DNA of 56,303 bases from Faecalimonas sp. (GTDB lineage: Bacteria > Bacillota > Clostridia > Lachnospirales > Lachnospiraceae): the NCBI GenBank assembly GCA_045654105.1, contig JAZOMR010000023.1, positions 1-56,303 of the forward strand, in the 5' to 3' direction. Positions 9,534-18,089 of the stretch are shown here, piece by piece. The notes beneath the pieces are model-generated. The model saw only the letters and a list, made by a program, of their open reading frames with translations, had not been told where the DNA came from and did no database searches. A program made the translations under genes and the position numbers. How positions within the stretch are numbered: position 1 is the first letter of the stretch; each line of letters starts with the position of its first letter.

Positions 9534-10719
9534 ATGCCGGAATCAGCTCTGGTCGTATGCCCAGTAGCAGTATATCATCCAAGCCTTTTCCAAAACCCGC
9601 GTTCCAACGAGTTACATATGCGGTAAAACCATTTTCTTTCAAGAGCGCAACAAGATTCTTTTCGTGCCTTTGTACGGCTTCGTTCACCAATTTGTCCGCA
9701 TCGTACGCAACGGCAGCAGCAGTACAGCCTAGAGATTTCAGATAATCCAGGCAGGACATGCCACTAGAATCCTTTTCCGTCAGTTTTGAATAGGTACTAG
9801 TACCGGGGAGGCAAATTACAATCACTTTCAAAAGGTGATTTGCAACAATTGCTTTCTTTTCGCCTTCTGTCACATAAAAAAGATAAGTGTCGTCAACAGT
9901 AGGAGAGTAGTAAATACTGATATTGCTACCTGAACGACAACCGTTGTTGTAAATGTTATACGTGTCGCCGTTTTCGTTGTTTTCCTCTTTGTACGAAGAA
10001 AAGTTTTTGTATTTATTCATCTCTTTTCCATTTTCATTCACTTCAGGCTTATCCAATCTGAGCCTCAATCTGTAAATCTTTCGATTTCGGTCAAATATCG
10101 GTATCAGCATTCCGCTTTTTCCGACAAAGGACCATTGCCCATCGTCTAATTGATAGAAACCGGGCACACCAGCAAGAGTACCATGTTTTTTAATCAGAGC
10201 ATTACATATTCGCCGGCGCATGTACTGGTCTGAATAGATCCCCTTATCTTTGTCAAACTTTTTGACAAACGAAAGTGAACGAATCTGGCTGTCTTTTACT
10301 AACTTCTTTGTCCAACCATCATCTAACAATTTTTTCATGTGTTTCTCTGATAGCGACAGTTGTGCCATGAAGTCCCGATATATCTTATCCAACTCTTCGT
10401 TGGGAAGTGGAGGATTGCTTATATCTTCCGGCTTCACAGAAGGTTTCAACGGGGTATAAACATACCCTTTCACCGGATTCTCTTTTTCGGAGTCCTTTTT
10501 TACATCCGTATACAGTATAGAACCATCTGACAGTTCCTTGATTGAATAATAGGTCTTACCATTAATGGAACTTGTGATTTCGGAGGCTTGGATTCTTCGG
10601 CAGACACATAGCACTTGACCGGGATATGCGGCCGTATCTGGTTGAAGAAAACTACACCAGTCGGTTTTGCCGCATATCGGACACGGATACTGCTTTGTGA
10701 CATCTCGGAATGTTCCCAT
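9532..10719 (-). CDS. Zn-finger + Toprim (DUF3854-like) primase-related protein
   Basis: CPICGKTDWC, VPGFY, GMLIPI.D, VTEGEKKA, AYDAD, GKGLDD. AAGGAGG RBS before ATG at 10719. Confidence 0.75.
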   Translation of the reverse strand: MGTFRDVTKQYPCPICGKTDWCSFLQPDTAAYPGQVLCVCRRIQASEITSSINGKTYYSIKELSDGSILYTDVKKDSEKENPVKGYVYTPLKPSVKPEDISNPPLPNEELDKIYRDFMAQLSLSEKHMKKLLDDGWTKKLVKDSQIRSLSFVKKFDKDKGIYSDQYMRRRICNALIKKHGTLAGVPGFYQLDDGQWSFVGKSGMLIPIFDRNRKIYRLRLRLDKPEVNENGKEMNKYKNFSSYKEENNENGDTYNIYNNGCRSGSNISIYYSPTVDDTYLFYVTEGEKKAIVANHLLKVIVICLPGTSTYSKLTEKDSSGMSCLDYLKSLGCTAAAVAYDADKLVNEAVQRHEKNLVALLKENGFTAYVTRWNAGFGKGLDDILLLGIRPELIPA

Positions 10720-11001
10720 AATACCTCCTTTGGCTTTCGCCGAATGTCTGCAACTGCAGCCATTGAATATCGAATCAACCAGTGACGCGATTACGTTTCG
10801 TAGGTAGGGCGTATACATAGCAAAAGCTCTGCCAACACCCGTGCATTAAGCAATAGTGTTTTTTCTGTAGTATAGCATAACCATGGAAATAGAAAAGAGA
10901 CGCCAAATGCATTTTTGGTACGAAAAGAAAAATAGCACCCTGTTGATGAAAAAGCAGATGAAAAAAAGAGCAATGCGATAGGGAGGGAGATGAATAAAAT
11001 T

Positions 11002-11020
11002 AAAAACCGAACGGTTCGGT
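11002..11020. repeat. parS-like palindrome, copy 5
   Basis: aaaaaccgaacggttcggt. Confidence 0.75.
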
Positions 11021-11021
11021 C

Positions 11022-11056
11022 AAAAAAACAGAACCGCCATGGCGACGGTTCTGTTT
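11022..11056 (-). terminator. Intrinsic terminator
   Basis: aaacagaaccg...cggttctgttt with an upstream A run (U tract on the minus strand), downstream of the 95-aa gene. Confidence 0.75.
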
Positions 11057-11072
11057 AGGAGAAAGGAATGTA

Positions 11073-11360
11073 TTAAAGAGTATGCACGTATAATTCGTTT
11101 TGACAAGCCCAATCTAAATATTTGCTGATTGGGAAGCGTTTCTTGTTGGTGCATTGTGTGCGCTCTAAAGAAACGTTAACAATATCCATCAGATAATCGA
11201 GATCGGCTCCGCGCTCATCATAGTCGGTGTTTAGAATCTGTTCTAAAACACGATAGGTATTTTCGCGGCAATGGAAGGAATGATTTTTTTCTTCGGCAAT
11301 GCGTTTTAGATAGTTTTCAAATTCCATTGGCTTGAATAGTTTGATTTTCTTTTCTGCCAT
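11073..11360 (-). CDS. Hypothetical protein, 95 aa
   Basis: AAAGGAGG RBS and a downstream terminator. Confidence 0.7.
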   Translation of the reverse strand: MAEKKIKLFKPMEFENYLKRIAEEKNHSFHCRENTYRVLEQILNTDYDERGADLDYLMDIVNVSLERTQCTNKKRFPISKYLDWACQNELYVHTL

Positions 11361-11440
11361 TACAGAGCCTCCTTTCTGATGGCTTCATTATAAAATTAAT
11401 TTATATAATTTACAAGAATAAAAACACATTTTATTCTTTT

Positions 11441-12391
11441 TTAAGAATCTGTTCGAGTAATTCGGAATCGGATACGGTCTATGTGAGGTTTGCCGTCGAG
11501 TTCTTCGCATTGATAAATGCAATCAAAAAGAGGGTGCGTAAGCAGGTTAGTGTCTAGTGCATAATAAACTGGATGTAATTTTCCTCTCATACGACTGCCT
11601 GTTATTTGCGAATGTATAATGGGAATCTCATGCAAGGTTTCCAAAAGTAACAGCACCATATAATTGCGATAAGAATCTTCGTTTTTATCTAACCACTCGA
11701 ATAAAGTTTGTATGTCTCCAATCAGTCTTTCGCGACTGCTTTGCTCTGCGCGACCTGATAGAATTAGCAAATGCAAAGGAGGTTGCTCCTTGTCAGTTTG
11801 AAAGACAAAATAAGCAGGGATCACAACTTGCTTATTTCCAATCTTCTTTCTTACACACAGTCGCTGCTTTTTGATGCAGGAAGGATAGGCTACATCTGTA
11901 TGGATTGAGAGTTGCACAACAGAAAGTAGCTCGATAATCTGACTGTCTCGGAGACGGAACTGTATGTTGTGTGGATTGTCAATAAAAGAAGACATATAAC
12001 TGTATGCTCCGGGCGACAGCGAATAGAAACGAAAAGGAGAAATAATCATGGGTTCATCTCCCAAAGTCTTGTCGGCAAGGCAATACTTAATTAAGATGCC
12101 TGCCTTCACAAGCTTTCGCAAGTTCTTTGTATACTCAGACTTCTGATAAAATTCTGACATTCTGTGTAGCAACGCGTACTCCAGATTATAAGTGTTGACG
12201 AAGGGGTACACAGATAGCAGTTTCATAATTTCAAAATCCACACCATTTAGAAGTCCTTTGGCGGTGAGCGTGTCAATTTCTGCATGTGTGCAGTTGTGGT
12301 TTTTGTTTTCCTTCAGTACACACCAGGTATTTTCAAGGTGAAAAGGACTAGGCGATAGTGCTAGTCCTGTATAATGGTTATTCTGTGTCAT
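11441..12391 (-). CDS. wHTH protein, probable degenerate replication-relaxation family member
   Basis: DFEIMKLLS..., LRKLVKAGIL, FYSLSPGA wHTH pattern. Last gene of the relaxase-T4CP operon. GGAGG RBS. Confidence 0.5.
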   Translation of the reverse strand: MTQNNHYTGLALSPSPFHLENTWCVLKENKNHNCTHAEIDTLTAKGLLNGVDFEIMKLLSVYPFVNTYNLEYALLHRMSEFYQKSEYTKNLRKLVKAGILIKYCLADKTLGDEPMIISPFRFYSLSPGAYSYMSSFIDNPHNIQFRLRDSQIIELLSVVQLSIHTDVAYPSCIKKQRLCVRKKIGNKQVVIPAYFVFQTDKEQPPLHLLILSGRAEQSSRERLIGDIQTLFEWLDKNEDSYRNYMVLLLLETLHEIPIIHSQITGSRMRGKLHPVYYALDTNLLTHPLFDCIYQCEELDGKPHIDRIRFRITRTDS

Positions 12392-12405
12392 GATATTAAG
12401 CCTCC

Positions 12406-14790
12406 TTAAAATAATCCGTCCAAAGATTCGCTGCCACTAGGGATGTCATTGGAAGAGAGTGGGGGAGTAGCGATAGCTGTTTGTTCAACAGGTTGGCTAG
12501 CGGGTTGGCTTTTTGGACAATCCTTCTCTATGTCGAAAGAATAAGTGTAGGTGGCAGATGGTGTTACTTCAAACGATAGTTTTTCGTCATCTAGTTTGGT
12601 AGGTTCATTAGCGGATTTTTCTGTATGCTCGTGGCATACAAAATCAGCTATGGTAACGGGACCGGTGTATTGCGGTTCCCAATCGGCAGGTTTCAAGAAA
12701 TCCACCTTTGCATGATATGGTGGAAGAGGACGTCCGTCCTTTGTTGTAAAATAGGTTACTTCTTGGAAATCCCTCATGCGGATGTCGCATTCTTCTAATG
12801 TATTCTTTTGGGCACTCAGTTCGCGGGTGGAGTAGGAGAGTGCAGGAGAATCAGAAGACAGAGCAGTCTGGGTAACAGTATCCTGCGTTTCGATGGTATC
12901 CCTCACGCCGGCCATAGCAGAAAACACTTCCATGTCGGAAAGAGAAGAACGGCCAAAGACCATAATGTGAGCGCATCCTAAAATAACGCCTTTCAAATAT
13001 TTGGTTATTTCATTCTTTTCAAATTGGTCGAGTGTCTGTATTGCACAGAACATGGCTACGCGGAATTTTCGGAATAAGGAGAAATTCTTTTCCAAAGAAC
13101 TGTGAATCAGTACAGGCAATTCGTCAATGTAAAAAAAATGAGGGATACGTGTTCTTTCTGTGCCTGGACGTGATAAAACAGCGTTATTAAAGGACAGCAG
13201 GAAAAATAAGCCGAAAGCAACGGCATTGCTGTCTCCGGATGCAAGGTCATAATTGCAAACGGTAATTTCACCTCTTTTCAGGATACGGTCAAAATCAATG
13301 GATTTCTGGGCGCAGTATACTTCTCGGCTTCCGGGCATCAATAGAAACTCGTTAATTATGTTTCGGGTGCCTCGGCTCTGATCTTCCATTTTCACACGTC
13401 CTTTACCCAAGAGTTCTTCTCGGATGTATTGAAGCACAAAAGTATATCGTTGGTAATCTCTATCTAGCTCGTCCAACTTTTTGACGTAGGCAGGCAGCAG
13501 GTCGAAGTTATTAATCAGCAACTGAAGGTCGGCAGGCGTCGCTTGTCTGCCGTGAAGCAGAGGAACAGTATTCATAACTAAAATAGCAAGGTTAGAAATC
13601 ATCTGCCTGTTAAGACCAGTAAAATAGGAGTCGGCTTTCCCCTTTAGGTCAGTAATAACCTGCATTACATCTGAGAACACAACTGCTTTTTTCACGATGG
13701 CTCTTTGAAGGTCGTCGCCAGATAACTCACTAGATAAATAAAAAGGATTCATTCCGATCCAATTCTTCTTTCGTTTCCCTTCGGCATCAGGCGTTGCATC
13801 TATGCGGTTATAGGGCACACCCCTTGCTTCGCATAATCTGCAGACATCATCGGTAAGGGAATCTTCTGGTGCAAGGACAGTGATACCGCAGACCGGAAAT
13901 GAAAGACTAATTTGTTCAAGAGCTTGCTCGGCAATGTCGTCTTCCGTTTTTGTTTCTGTTTTCGTGAAATCGAAAATCGCGAATGAATCGGTGGCTCCGG
14001 TATACACATACTTGTTTTCATTAACAAGACGCTTCATAATCTGCATCTGTTTCTGTTGTGCAAACAGGCGAACATTTAAGTCGTTTTTTATTGCGGGAAG
14101 AATGGTGGAAGATGTTTTACCGGTACCACTGGTACCGTCTACTAGTGTATGCAAAAAGCGGTCCTTTTCAGACACAACGATTGGCTTTCCGGTTTTTACA
14201 TCTTTCGCAATTGTAAGCGGATATTCGATGGCGTCTTTCTTTTTCCTTTTTTCTGTGAAGTGTGACAATTTGAAGCCCATAATTATCTCTTTGTTTTTTT
14301 CATCACGTAATGGTTTTATAAAAGTAAAGAATAGGACAAGTGCAAGTAGAAGAGCAGGTAGCTCCGTTACAAGTCTGGCTAAAAACAAAACCATGCCTTT
14401 TGTGAAGACTTCATCCGTTCGCATTTGGAGTATAGAAGGGAGAAATATCACGGATAAAAGCTCAAATCCGATGGAGGATATCAGTAGCGCTTCGTGCAAG
14501 GCGGTCAAGATGTAATGCAAGGCCTTTATTCGCCTGAAATTGAAAGATTCCAAGCCCGTGGCATAAATCCATAGCCCCACAGGCAGCAAAAGGCTTAAAA
14601 AGCGGAATACGACGTTTGTATGCATAAATGTATAGTTGATGCGGTAGAGCGAATAAAGGTATCGGATACCGCTGTCTATAAAGTGTAAATAAAACATGCC
14701 ATGTAAAATCAGATATGGCAGTGGGAGAGAAGCAAGTTTTCCAGACAAACCTTTCAACTTGCCAAAAGTTTGATTTATAAAAAGTTTCAT
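12406..14790 (-). CDS. VirD4/TraG-like type IV coupling protein
   Basis: Several N-terminal TM segments, DRFLHTLVDGTSGTGKT (Walker A), FFYIDELP (Walker B), FRKFRVAMFCAIQTLDQ. Confidence 0.85.
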   Translation of the reverse strand: MKLFINQTFGKLKGLSGKLASLPLPYLILHGMFYLHFIDSGIRYLYSLYRINYTFMHTNVVFRFLSLLLPVGLWIYATGLESFNFRRIKALHYILTALHEALLISSIGFELLSVIFLPSILQMRTDEVFTKGMVLFLARLVTELPALLLALVLFFTFIKPLRDEKNKEIIMGFKLSHFTEKRKKKDAIEYPLTIAKDVKTGKPIVVSEKDRFLHTLVDGTSGTGKTSSTILPAIKNDLNVRLFAQQKQMQIMKRLVNENKYVYTGATDSFAIFDFTKTETKTEDDIAEQALEQISLSFPVCGITVLAPEDSLTDDVCRLCEARGVPYNRIDATPDAEGKRKKNWIGMNPFYLSSELSGDDLQRAIVKKAVVFSDVMQVITDLKGKADSYFTGLNRQMISNLAILVMNTVPLLHGRQATPADLQLLINNFDLLPAYVKKLDELDRDYQRYTFVLQYIREELLGKGRVKMEDQSRGTRNIINEFLLMPGSREVYCAQKSIDFDRILKRGEITVCNYDLASGDSNAVAFGLFFLLSFNNAVLSRPGTERTRIPHFFYIDELPVLIHSSLEKNFSLFRKFRVAMFCAIQTLDQFEKNEITKYLKGVILGCAHIMVFGRSSLSDMEVFSAMAGVRDTIETQDTVTQTALSSDSPALSYSTRELSAQKNTLEECDIRMRDFQEVTYFTTKDGRPLPPYHAKVDFLKPADWEPQYTGPVTIADFVCHEHTEKSANEPTKLDDEKLSFEVTPSATYTYSFDIEKDCPKSQPASQPVEQTAIATPPLSSNDIPSGSESLDGLF

Positions 14791-16346
14791 GAAATATCTC
14801 CTTTCGGAAGCAGGTGTAGTTTCTCGTCATAAGTATCGCAATCCAATACGGCTTTGGTATTCGGCTGATGCAAAAAATAAAAATCCACATTTGACGAGTG
14901 GTCGATACCCGGCAATGTTTTTGTAAATAGAATTTCCGCATGATTGGAAAGCAGTTCGTCATAATCACTGACAAACTGGGATTGTAAAAATTCTGCACCA
15001 AGAAGGATAATTACCAGATTATCTATGGCGGCAGAATAGTGGTTTTTATAATGCAGCAGTCGTTGATGGGCGGATAAGTCGGCGCCCGGAAATTCAAAAA
15101 CAATGTGCCCGTAGGAAGCGTGAAAAAAGCCCCTTGCAAAATACAAAGGGGCTGTGTTGGTGGAAGATATGACATAAGGCTCATGATACTCCCATCCGTC
15201 AATATTTAAGTTGTTATAAAAAAGTGTTTTAAGTAGCAATTCCTTCAGGTTACATTCGTCCGATGTGATATATGGCTGGCATTGTTTTAAACGGTGATTC
15301 GGAACAGCATAAATACTGTTTCCAGTTATGGCGTGCGCTACAAGCTGTTTATTATGCTCGTAGAAGCCCTTGAACGCCGATTTAAGGCGTTTATTGTAAT
15401 GTGCGTCCATTTCCTTACCCACAGCTTCCAAATAGCCTGTATCGTCCATAAAGTGTTTCTTGAGCGTATTTGCGGATGCAAGGTCGTCAAAGTCAGGGAA
15501 AACATAGTGTAATTGTTCTAAAGTCATCAACTCATTGTCCGTAATGCCATGCTTATAGGACGAGGAAGTGAGTAGTTGACAAAACTGCAGGTAGTCAAGG
15601 GGAAGATGATATTCTTTTTCAAATCGTTCCCAAGCTTGGCAGACTTTCACAAGCATACGGTAAATGGTGTAATTTGATTTTGTGTTGGGAAGTTTGGCTT
15701 TAGGGGAAGCCAAAGTAAAAACCAAAACTTTTTTCTTTTCAGAAGGGTTAAATATACCATTTTCTTGATATTGTTGTATTTTTTGTTTTAGGATCGGCTC
15801 ACTTTGTGTTTGGTTATCCTGCTCGATGTAATAATCCGCATAGTTTGTGGAGAGTAACCCATCCGCTCTGGGCGGCTGTGAGTCTTTATAATTACAATTT
15901 CTGTTCAGCGGTTCTTCTACTCGCCACCTAGAAGGGAGGGTAGTAGGATAAGACAGAAACGAACAATAGAAATCGTTTGCCAGTATGCGATGCATAATTT
16001 GCTGACTGCCCAAAGGCGGTCTTCGTTCCCAGTTTATATCAAGTCTTTTTAGCGCATCTTCCGGAAGCATTTCCTTTAAGAAGGTATTTCCCTTTTGCGT
16101 AAGTGTAAAATAATACAGATTATTGTGATTAGGTATGGTTTTTTTGACTACGAGTTCCTTTTTTGCCAATCGGTTTAAAGCGAGGCGTGTCGATACCAGT
16201 GTTTCACCATGTAATCCGATTAAATGTAACTGTGAAATTGTAATTGTATTAAGTTGTGCCAAGATTAGTAAGTCAAAATCCTGTTTTTTCAAAAAAAATA
16301 GCCCCGGATTACACCCGAGGCTAGAAATAAATTCGTTTATTTGCAT
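14787..16346 (-). CDS. Replication-relaxation (Replic_Relax) family relaxase-like protein
   Basis: N-terminal wHTH (LNRLAKKELV, YFTLTQKG), HRILANDFY, RADG..YYIEQDNQTQ..KIQQY PD-(D/E)xK-type motif. AAAGGAG RBS before ATG at 16346. Overlaps the T4CP start. Confidence 0.75.
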   Translation of the reverse strand: MQINEFISSLGCNPGLFFLKKQDFDLLILAQLNTITISQLHLIGLHGETLVSTRLALNRLAKKELVVKKTIPNHNNLYYFTLTQKGNTFLKEMLPEDALKRLDINWERRPPLGSQQIMHRILANDFYCSFLSYPTTLPSRWRVEEPLNRNCNYKDSQPPRADGLLSTNYADYYIEQDNQTQSEPILKQKIQQYQENGIFNPSEKKKVLVFTLASPKAKLPNTKSNYTIYRMLVKVCQAWERFEKEYHLPLDYLQFCQLLTSSSYKHGITDNELMTLEQLHYVFPDFDDLASANTLKKHFMDDTGYLEAVGKEMDAHYNKRLKSAFKGFYEHNKQLVAHAITGNSIYAVPNHRLKQCQPYITSDECNLKELLLKTLFYNNLNIDGWEYHEPYVISSTNTAPLYFARGFFHASYGHIVFEFPGADLSAHQRLLHYKNHYSAAIDNLVIILLGAEFLQSQFVSDYDELLSNHAEILFTKTLPGIDHSSNVDFYFLHQPNTKAVLDCDTYDEKLHLLPKGDIS

Positions 16347-16495
16347 TTTGTAGCTCCTTTCGCCTAAATAATTTATGAAAAGCATAAAAACACCTGCTGC
16401 CAGGAATTTGTCTTTTGGCTGTTCCGAAAGGATGTCGCACTAAATATGATAAAAGGATAGCATGATTGCGAGGAAATATCAAGAATGAGAAGAAA

Positions 16496-16534
16496 ATCAA
16501 AAACGAGTGTGTCGGATAAACCGACATCACTCGT
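16496..16534 (-). terminator. Intrinsic terminator just outside the left recombination site
   Basis: acgagtg-tgtcgg-ataaa-ccgaca-t-cactcgt hairpin preceded by an A run, so it terminates leftward transcription. Confidence 0.75.
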
Positions 16535-16541
16535 CATTCAT

Positions 16542-16568
16542 TTTCGTAGAACTAGAACTTCTACGAAA
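16542..16568 (+). repeat. Left recombination site (IRL), loxP-like
   Basis: TTTCGTAGAA-CTAGAAC-TTCTACGAAA: 10-bp palindromic arms around an asymmetric 7-bp spacer. Confidence 0.9.
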
Positions 16569-16612
16569 CACGGAAGTTCTTGCGATAAAACAAGGGATAA
16601 TAATTAAATACC

Positions 16613-16633
16613 GACCCAACATTTGACCCCTTA
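16613..16633 (+). repeat. Candidate arm-type recombinase binding site, copy 1
   Basis: GACCC-aacattt-GACCCCTTA; same pattern at 17810-17830. Confidence 0.55.
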
Positions 16634-16636
16634 CCC

Positions 16637-17764
16637 TTAGCTAGCAAGTTGTGTCATTTTTTCAATTTGCATCCTCTTTATTTCTAACGAAGGATGCACA
16701 TATTTTTTCATTGTAAAAGAAATGTCTGAATGCCCTAGTATTTCACTTAAAGATTTAAGGTCCATACCGGATTCAATACACCTTGTAGCAAACGTATGAC
16801 GTAGTACATGGTAATTAAAAGCCTCCAATTTGCATTCTTTTAGCATTTTTTTGTAACGGTTTTCAAATGTCCTAGGATTCACGAACGAATCGCTCAAGGA
16901 AATAACGAATGGTGTTTGAGAAGCCCTTTTTAAGATTGATAAAACCGTAGTTAAATAAGGTGTTAATGGGATATCCCGAATAGATGCTTCAGTTTTCGGT
17001 GTTTCAATAATCATTTTATATTTTGTCTCTTCTGGCTCGTCGTTTCTTATTCTTGAAACTGTATGGCGCACATGCAAGACTCTTGCACGCAGGTCAATAT
17101 CATTCCACCTCAATGCACATATCTCTCCAATGCGCAATCCAGCGTGCAAGGAAATGAGAACGCCCACTTTGGAATAATCCATATTCATTTTCAGATAATT
17201 TTCTAATTGTTGCTGTTTCTCTAGTGTTAATGCAAATGCTTTTGTCTTAGGAATAACCGGCTTATATATTTTTGTACGCAAAGGTTCACACAATTGTTCA
17301 CTAGCAGCAAAACTTACTGACGAGTCAATAATTAGCGTCATTGTGCTTATATATGATTCTGACAAACCTCCTGTTTTATCTATCCGACCATTTTCTTTTT
17401 TGGCGAGTAAAAAAGAATTTATACGTGGTGCCGTGAGTTGCGACATTTTTACCCCTCCCAGTTCTGGAAGTATATGTGTTTCAATTACATTAAGGTATTT
17501 GCTTTCTGTTGCTCCTTTATTCTTTATTCGATTATTAGCTAACCACAAAGAAAGAATATCGCTAAATAACATATCCTTATTAACCACTTTGTTTTCGAAA
17601 TTATATTTGACTTTTACTATATTCAGTTTTTCCTTTGCCTCCTTATAGGTTTTTCCGTAGACAGAGCCATACTTAATGTCGCCGTTCGGTTTTCTGCCTT
17701 TTTTATAACGACCTTCCCACCTCCCATCTTTTCTTTTGCGAATGTTTTCTCCTTTTCTTGCCAT
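16637..17764 (-). CDS. Tyrosine recombinase/integrase (probable invertase)
   Basis: N-terminal arm-binding-like RKRKDGRWEGRY; catalytic GLRIGE (R), PKT (K), HVLRH (HxxR), LGH, YVH (Y). Confidence 0.95.
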   Translation of the reverse strand: MARKGENIRKRKDGRWEGRYKKGRKPNGDIKYGSVYGKTYKEAKEKLNIVKVKYNFENKVVNKDMLFSDILSLWLANNRIKNKGATESKYLNVIETHILPELGGVKMSQLTAPRINSFLLAKKENGRIDKTGGLSESYISTMTLIIDSSVSFAASEQLCEPLRTKIYKPVIPKTKAFALTLEKQQQLENYLKMNMDYSKVGVLISLHAGLRIGEICALRWNDIDLRARVLHVRHTVSRIRNDEPEETKYKMIIETPKTEASIRDIPLTPYLTTVLSILKRASQTPFVISLSDSFVNPRTFENRYKKMLKECKLEAFNYHVLRHTFATRCIESGMDLKSLSEILGHSDISFTMKKYVHPSLEIKRMQIEKMTQLAS

Positions 17765-17809
17765 TTTCCTGCACTCCTTTCGTGGCTTTCTCGCATATCC
17801 TTCAGATTA

Positions 17810-17830
17810 GACCCTAAATGTGACCCCTTA
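17810..17830 (+). repeat. Candidate arm-type recombinase binding site, copy 2
   Basis: GACCC-taaatgt-GACCCCTTA. Confidence 0.55.
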
Positions 17831-17911
17831 TAAAAGAAAGTAGACGCAAGTTGTTGGTAAAATTGCCCGTATTTCTTGTAAAGATTCCCCATTTATGTAA
17901 GCATTAACGAA

Positions 17912-17940
17912 TTGACCTGTGTCGAAATTTGTGATAAAAT
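17912..17940 (+). promoter_or_regulatory. Sigma-A promoter inside the invertible segment, pointing at essC
   Basis: TTGACC-17 bp-TAAAAT with TG extended -10, 23 bp before IRR. Confidence 0.8.
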
Positions 17941-17963
17941 GACAGAATAGTGATATTGTGTGC

Positions 17964-17990
17964 ATTCGTAGAAGTTCTAGTTCTACGAAA
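17964..17990 (-). repeat. Right recombination site (IRR), inverted relative to IRL
   Basis: ATTCGTAGAA-GTTCTAG-TTCTACGAAA. The spacer is the reverse complement of the IRL spacer. Confidence 0.9.
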
Positions 17991-18089
17991 CATTTAGGAA
18001 TCGAGAGGAAGCCGTAAGGCATATTTGTAACGCTAGGTAATAGCAACAGGAAGCTGAAAAGCAAATATTTGTAGCGAGGGGTAAAGAAC

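Larger units (their letters stand above)
16542..17990. mobile_element. Predicted 1.45-kb invertible segment carrying the recombinase gene and an outward promoter
   Basis: 26-bp perfect inverted repeats (16542-16567 and 17965-17990) enclosing a tyrosine recombinase and a promoter. Confidence 0.85.

Noticed and set aside
7047-11020. Palindromic repeats as a CRISPR array or simple terminators
   Set aside because: Spacing is irregular (100 bp to 2 kb), there are no cas genes, one copy is intragenic, the centre leaves almost no loop, and separate true terminators sit beside copies 4 and 5.
17682-17693. parS half-site ccgttcggtttt inside the recombinase gene
   Set aside because: Only half of the palindrome, within coding sequence; plausibly chance.
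16542-17990. Integrase as the attL/attR boundary of an integrated ICE or prophage
   Set aside because: The two core sites are inverted and only 1.45 kb apart around the gene itself, which gives inversion rather than excision. I saw no adjacent tRNA and no direct-repeat partner.
17991-18089. Riboswitch in the essC leader
   Set aside because: I could not match a known aptamer consensus or find an expression-platform terminator by eye; an Rfam scan would be needed.
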